From: a virus
Taxonomy: Duplodnaviria; Caudoviricetes
Virus record (IMG/VR): IMGVR_UViG_3300035164_000003
Location: 1 to 29,739 of that record
DNA: 29,739 nt
Direction: 5' to 3' (one strand)
Translations under genes and position numbers: made by a program
The notes under the pieces: generated by a model
What the model saw: the letters and a program-made list of their open reading frames with translations, nothing else
Told to the model about the DNA's origin: nothing
Database searches by the model: none
Shown: in pieces, positions 25,295 to 29,739 of the stretch
How the letters are laid out: each line of letters starts with the position of its first letter
Position numbering within the stretch: the first letter of the stretch is position 1

Positions 25295-25919
25295 TGACAT
25301 TGAGATCCTCAGTGAGGAGAAAAATGGCAAAAAACATCTGTACATAGAAGGAACTTTTCTGCAAGGAAACATAAAGAACCGCAATGGTCGTATGTATCCA
25401 ATGGAAACACTTGCACGTGAAGTCGATAAATATTCCAACACTTACATCAAGTCTGGAAGAGCAATGGGAGAACTCGGACACCCCGATGGACCTATTGTTA
25501 ATTTAGATAGAGTTTCACATTTAATTACTTCTCTTGTTCAAGAAGGAAGTAACTTTAAAGGTAAAGCAAAAATCCTAGATACCCCAATGGGACAGATTGC
25601 TAAGTCACTTTTAGATGAAGGTGTACGTTTAGGTGTGTCATCACGAGGGGTAGGCTCACTAAAATTGAACCGTGAAGGTGTAAATGTTGTGGCAGATGAC
25701 TTTATGCTCGCTACTGCTGCTGATATAGTGGCAGATCCCAGTGCACCAGAGGCTTTCGTAAATGGAATTATGGAAGGAAAAGAGTGGGTTTGGACAAATT
25801 CAGCGTTAAAAGAATCAGATCTCCGCAAGGTTGAGAGGGATTTAGACAACGCTAGTTCAAAAAGAGAGCTTGTTGAAAGGCAAGTTACCGCATTTGAAAC
25901 CTTTTTAAAAGGTTTATAA
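25269..25919 (+). CDS. g21: Prohead protease gp21
   Basis: LYIEG.FLQ..IKNRNGR.YP, GELGHP, LGVSSRGVGS, DIVADPSAP.AFV.GIME. Confidence 0.96.
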   Translation: MKLITEQIDDIEILSEEKNGKKHLYIEGTFLQGNIKNRNGRMYPMETLAREVDKYSNTYIKSGRAMGELGHPDGPIVNLDRVSHLITSLVQEGSNFKGKAKILDTPMGQIAKSLLDEGVRLGVSSRGVGSLKLNREGVNVVADDFMLATAADIVADPSAPEAFVNGIMEGKEWVWTNSALKESDLRKVERDLDNASSKRELVERQVTAFETFLKGL

Positions 25920-25921
25920 CT

Positions 25922-25929
25922 TATAAATA
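25922..25929 (+). promoter_or_regulatory. Late promoter for g22-g23
   Basis: Exact intergenic TATAAATA; AAGGAG RBS downstream. Confidence 0.85.
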
Positions 25930-25973
25930 TTTTTTAGTTAAACCAAAGACTGCTATTTAAGGAGACAACAACA

Positions 25974-26957
25974 ATGTCAGATGAGAAAGTAACAGCATCT
26001 ACAGAACAAGTAACTGAAGCCAAGTTTGATGGTGCTGTTGCTGATGGTTCAACATTAGGTGCAGTAGAAGTTCTAGGAGGACCAACTCCAATGAACTCAA
26101 AACCCGATGATGATTCAAATAAATTGAAGACTCCATCACAAACTACAGCAACACCACCAAAGACAAAACCATCTGCTGCTTCAGGCAAGATTGAGTCAGT
26201 GGAAGCTGAGAATGCTGAAGGTGAGAACCTAATTGAAATTGACGTTACAGCAGACGTGGACGCACTAACTAACGGTGAAGACCTTAGTGAAGAGTTCAAA
26301 GAAAAAGCTGCAACTATTTTCGAGGCAGCAGTCGTCTCTAGGTTAAACGAGGAACTTGACCGTATCCATAAGGAATACTCAGAGGGAGTCGTTGACGAAG
26401 TAGAGAAGGTCAAAACAGAATTGGCAGAACAGGTAGACGAGTATCTTACCTATGCCGTACAGTCTTGGATCGACGATAACAAACTTGCAGTAGAAAGTGG
26501 TCTCAAATCAGAGATTGCTGAGTCTGTTGTCGATGGTCTTAAAAAAGTTTTCGTCGAGAACCACATTGAGGTTCCCGAAGAAAAAGCAGATATCATCTCC
26601 GAGATGGCATCTGAGCTTGATACAATGGAAACAAAACTCAACGATCAACTTGAAAGAAACGTTGCTCTTACTAAAGAAGTAGCGGGATTTGTTAAAGATG
26701 GGATTGTGAAGGAGATCTCCGAAGGACTTGCTAGTACTGAAAAAGAAAAACTAGCATCACTTGCCGAAGGAGTTGAGTTTGAAGATGAAGAGTCATTCCG
26801 CAAGAAGGTTGAGTCTTTGAAGGAGTCTTACTTCTCAAAGAAACCAGCACCAGCTAACGCTGAGACTATTGCTGAAGACGTTCAACCAGTTGTGGACACA
26901 GAGATGACGGACTCTATGTCACGTTACGTAGACGCACTCCGTCGCTGGACAAAGTGA
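25974..26957 (+). CDS. g22: Prohead core scaffold protein gp22
   Basis: LSEEFKEKAATIFEAAV, VDEYL.Y....W...N..A, acidic coiled coil, MSRYV.AL at the C-terminus; synteny. Confidence 0.93.
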   Translation: MSDEKVTASTEQVTEAKFDGAVADGSTLGAVEVLGGPTPMNSKPDDDSNKLKTPSQTTATPPKTKPSAASGKIESVEAENAEGENLIEIDVTADVDALTNGEDLSEEFKEKAATIFEAAVVSRLNEELDRIHKEYSEGVVDEVEKVKTELAEQVDEYLTYAVQSWIDDNKLAVESGLKSEIAESVVDGLKKVFVENHIEVPEEKADIISEMASELDTMETKLNDQLERNVALTKEVAGFVKDGIVKEISEGLASTEKEKLASLAEGVEFEDEESFRKKVESLKESYFSKKPAPANAETIAEDVQPVVDTEMTDSMSRYVDALRRWTK

Positions 26958-26991
26958 TCCAATCCTTTAACACAAATCTTAGTAAAAGCTA

Positions 26992-28362
26992 ATGTTTAAC
27001 TCAGAACAGTTACAGGAGAAGTGGAACCCAATTCTTAAGTGTGATGGTATCGAAGATATCAAAGATAACTACAAGAAGGCAGTTACAGCCGTTCTCCTTG
27101 AAAACCAAGAGAAATTCCTTAACGAAGAGAGAGGAGTTTTAACAGAGGCAGCACCAACAGTAAGCACAGCATCTACATCAGGTGGAGTTGCTGGTTTCAG
27201 TGCTAACTCTACAGCAACAGGTCCTTCTGCTGGTTTCGACCCAGTATTGATCTCGTTGATCAGACGTTCAATGCCAAAGCTTATTGCATATGACATTGCT
27301 GGCGTTCAACCTATGACAGGTCCTACAGGACTTATCTTTGCTATGAGATCCAGATACGGTACAAACCGTACTGCTGGTACAGAAGCATTCTTCAACGAAG
27401 CAGATTCACAGTTCTCTGGAACTGACGCAGCACAAACAAGTGGATTCGGTTCACAAGGTAGTGCACAAGCAGGAAGTAACCCAGGTATTCTTAACGACTC
27501 TGGTACCTATACAAATGGTACAGCGATGAGAACAGACGAGGCAGAGACACTCGGAACTGGATCTAACGCTTTCGCTGAAATGAACTTCAGTATTGAGAAA
27601 GTTACTGTGACTGCGAAGTCCAGAGCACTCAAAGCTGAGTACAGTTTAGAACTAGCACAAGACTTGAAAGCCGTTCACGGTCTTGACGCTGAGTCAGAAC
27701 TAGCAAACATCCTCTCAACAGAGGTTCTTGCAGAAATCAACCGTGAGGTTGTTCGTACTGTTTACAAGGTTGCAAGACCTGGTGCTCAGAACAATACTGC
27801 ATCTGCTGGTATCTTCGACTTAGACGTTGACTCAAACGGTAGATGGTCTGTTGAGAAGTTCAAAGGTCTGTTATTCCAGATCGAAAGAGATATGAACGCC
27901 ATCGGGCACGAGACACGTCGTGGTAAGGGGAACATTCTAATATGTTCTGCTGACGTTGCGTCTGCTCTATCAATGGCTGGTGTACTTGACTACACTCCTG
28001 CTCTTGCTGGAAACTCAAACTTACTTCCTGATGACAATAGTTCTACACTTGCTGGAACATTAAACGGAAGAATCAAAGTTTATGTTGACCCATATTCTGC
28101 AAACGTAAGTGACAGACACTTCTACGTTGCTGGATACAAAGGTAGTTCTGCATATGATGCAGGATTATTCTACTGCCCATACGTTCCTCTACAAATGGTT
28201 AGAGCCGTTGGTCAGGACACCTTCCAACCAAAAATTGGATTTAAGACAAGATACGGTCTTGTTTCAAACCCATTTGCTGAAGGTACTGATCAAGGTGGTG
28301 GAGACCTTGACCCTAACAAGAACAGATACTACAGAAGAGTTCTTGTTGACAACTTAATGTAA
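26992..28362 (+). CDS. g23: Major capsid protein gp23
   Basis: LLENQE, DPVLISLIRRSMP.LIAYDI.GVQPMTGPTGLIFAMR, AKSRALKAEYS.ELAQDLKA.HGLDAE, FQPKIGFKTRYG. Confidence 0.98.
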   Translation: MFNSEQLQEKWNPILKCDGIEDIKDNYKKAVTAVLLENQEKFLNEERGVLTEAAPTVSTASTSGGVAGFSANSTATGPSAGFDPVLISLIRRSMPKLIAYDIAGVQPMTGPTGLIFAMRSRYGTNRTAGTEAFFNEADSQFSGTDAAQTSGFGSQGSAQAGSNPGILNDSGTYTNGTAMRTDEAETLGTGSNAFAEMNFSIEKVTVTAKSRALKAEYSLELAQDLKAVHGLDAESELANILSTEVLAEINREVVRTVYKVARPGAQNNTASAGIFDLDVDSNGRWSVEKFKGLLFQIERDMNAIGHETRRGKGNILICSADVASALSMAGVLDYTPALAGNSNLLPDDNSSTLAGTLNGRIKVYVDPYSANVSDRHFYVAGYKGSSAYDAGLFYCPYVPLQMVRAVGQDTFQPKIGFKTRYGLVSNPFAEGTDQGGGDLDPNKNRYYRRVLVDNLM

Positions 28363-28383
28363 GCAATCGCTTATATACTTTAC

Positions 28384-28409
28384 AAAGACCCCTTCGGGGG
28401 TCTTTTTTT
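28384..28409 (+). terminator. Rho-independent terminator after g23
   Basis: AAAGACCCC-TTCG-GGGGTCTTT plus T run; C(UUCG)G loop. Confidence 0.92.
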
Positions 28410-28411
28410 AT

Positions 28412-28419
28412 GTTAAATA
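28412..28419 (+). promoter_or_regulatory. Late promoter variant
   Basis: GTTAAATA immediately after the terminator, 6 nt before ATG 28426. Confidence 0.5.
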
Positions 28420-28425
28420 ATTAGA

Positions 28426-28602
28426 ATGCACAATTCTATGAACGGACGATTGAACAAAGTTCAAATGCTTGCTAAAGTAATGAGGATGAAAGATGGTCTA
28501 CATCAACATCAGTGGTATCCTCATTGGAACGATAACGAACGTGCTGCTGCACAAATGATTTTGAATAACGTTCTAGATGTTTTAGATGAATATTGGGAGT
28601 AG
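28426..28602 (+). CDS. 58-aa hypothetical helical protein (not in ORF track; alternative start 28438)
   Basis: MHNSMNGRLNKVQMLAKVMRMKDGLHQHQWYPHWNDNERAAAQMILNNVLDVLDEYWE; fills the g23-g3 gap. Confidence 0.75.
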   Translation: MHNSMNGRLNKVQMLAKVMRMKDGLHQHQWYPHWNDNERAAAQMILNNVLDVLDEYWE

Positions 28603-28610
28603 GCTAAATA
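28603..28610 (+). promoter_or_regulatory. Late promoter variant for g3
   Basis: Intergenic GCTAAATA, then GGAG. Confidence 0.55.
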
Positions 28611-28637
28611 ATAATACGGAGAGCACTAATATAGTCA

Positions 28638-29198
28638 ATGTCTTTCGCTTCACAAATTAGCAATAGGAATTTCCTTTCACCAGGTGGTTTCCGTTTTTCT
28701 CTTGGTAAATTTCCAAAGGTGTCTTACTTGGCACAACAGGCAAATATACCACAGATCAATATGGGTCTTGTTCAACAGGACACTCCATTCCGTCCTGCAT
28801 TTGTTGACGGTAACTTGGAGTATGGATCTTTTACTTTACAATTTCTTGTAGATGAAGATCTTGAAAACTATCTAATCATTCATAACTGGATGAGAGGACT
28901 TGGTGTCCCTGATAGTTTTAAGGACAGACAGGACTTTGAAACAGGTTTAGAAGCTAACTTTCCAGCAAAAGAGATTGGTGATTTGTTATTTGCAGATGGA
29001 ACTCTTACTGTACTGAATAGTAATTTTCAACCTAACTTCAACGTAGTCTTTAAAGATCTGAAACCAACATCCCTCAGTACACTTGAGTTTGACGCAACTC
29101 TTGATGCTCAAGAATTCTTCCAAGCGGTTGTAACATTTGATTATCTTAGTTACGAAATTCAAGGATTAACAGGTACGAGGAAAACCACTCTGAATTAA
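28638..29198 (+). CDS. g3: Tail completion / tube terminator protein gp3
   Basis: NRNFLSP.GF.F, ANIP.I, FLVDEDLENY..IHNW, DGTL.VLNSN; g23-g3-uvsY-uvsW synteny of cyanomyoviruses. Confidence 0.88.
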   Translation: MSFASQISNRNFLSPGGFRFSLGKFPKVSYLAQQANIPQINMGLVQQDTPFRPAFVDGNLEYGSFTLQFLVDEDLENYLIIHNWMRGLGVPDSFKDRQDFETGLEANFPAKEIGDLLFADGTLTVLNSNFQPNFNVVFKDLKPTSLSTLEFDATLDAQEFFQAVVTFDYLSYEIQGLTGTRKTTLN

Positions 29199-29201
29199 AC
29201 T

Positions 29202-29624
29202 ATGGCACTCCTTGAAGATCTTCAGGAGCAGTGGTCAAAAGATTGTATATTTGATGAGTTAGATCTAGGATCTGAATCATTAAAGGTACCGTCACTGCAC
29301 CAGAAGTATCACGTATATTACAACAAATACAAATTAGTAATAGAGGATGAGAAATGTAAACTCAAAACTCTATGGAAATCTAAGTGGATGTATTACAATG
29401 GCAAAGGTCCTGACATCAATGGGGAATACTTTGACCACAAGATTTTAAAAGGTGATATCAATACCTTCCTTGAATCAGATAAAGATATACAGCGACAACA
29501 ACTCAAGATAACATACTTTGAAACTTGCATAAATTATATTGAGGCAATACTCAAAATGATTAATAGCAGAGGTTTCCAAGTGAAAAACGCTATTGATGCC
29601 AAGCGTTTTGAGTTCCCTGTATAA
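29202..29624 (+). CDS. uvsY: Recombination mediator UvsY
   Basis: W.KD..D...L..ESLK.P.LH.KY, KW.YY.GK, I..RGFQVKNAID..RF. Confidence 0.9.
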   Translation: MALLEDLQEQWSKDCIFDELDLGSESLKVPSLHQKYHVYYNKYKLVIEDEKCKLKTLWKSKWMYYNGKGPDINGEYFDHKILKGDINTFLESDKDIQRQQLKITYFETCINYIEAILKMINSRGFQVKNAIDAKRFEFPV

Positions 29625-29739
29625 TGGTTTCTATTGAAAAGAAAAATGAGATCTACCTTCGGGTAGGTGCAGAGATGCACATCCATCACGAGTTGAGTGA
29701 ATACTTTTGTTTTGAAGTTCCCGAAGCAAAGTATCTACA
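29624..29739 (+). CDS. uvsW: Helicase UvsW, N-terminus (3'-truncated)
   Basis: TAATG-coupled ORF MVSIEKKNEIYLRVGAEMHIHHELSEYFCFEVPEAKYL matches the UvsW N-terminal pattern (KKNE.YL...EL..YF.FEVP.AK); synteny. Confidence 0.85.
   Translation, partial: MVSIEKKNEIYLRVGAEMHIHHELSEYFCFEVPEAKYL

Noticed and set aside
1166-27296. Numerous minus-strand and alternate-frame ORFs in the track (e.g. 7805-8302, 8750-9130, 25934-26413, 7240-7575, 18498-18836)
   Set aside because: They are shadows of long plus-strand genes with biased codon usage, with no RBS, promoter or recognisable motifs. Only 15755-15904 has independent support.
18197-28362. Introns, inteins or homing endonucleases in g17, g20 or g23
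   Set aside because: All have ordinary lengths and continuous conserved motifs.
1-29739. tRNA/rRNA genes
   Set aside because: Intergenic gaps are short and none shows a cloverleaf or T-loop pattern.

Overview
This is the virion-morphogenesis region of a T4-like marine cyanomyovirus (Kyanoviridae-type). The AT-rich sequence and a ptox gene suggest a Prochlorococcus/Synechococcus host (inference). Gene order: 5'-truncated large DUF4815/VrlC-like structural protein, two small ORFs, a 2097-aa repeat-rich fibre, g13-g14-g15-g16, then a ~4.5 kb accessory island, then g17-g18-g19-g20-small core gene-g21-g22-g23, a small ORF, g3, uvsY and the start of uvsW. T4-type late promoters (TATAAATA and variants) and tetraloop terminators punctuate the region. 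The most interesting item is in the g16-g17 island. The 163-aa ORF at 14188-14679 combines a T4-style capsid-targeting/gp21-cleavage leader (FKQFIAE) with the motif order of phage SAM lyases (T3 SAMase family), which would make it a candidate virion-packaged, co-injected anti-restriction enzyme. Also notable: a lone minus-strand Cx3C-x6-Cx3C peptide gene with a structured, possibly switchable 5' leader between divergent late promoters; an apparently leaderless late ptox transcript; and several small ORFs missed by the ORF track. All family assignments come from motif recognition and synteny; no searches were run.
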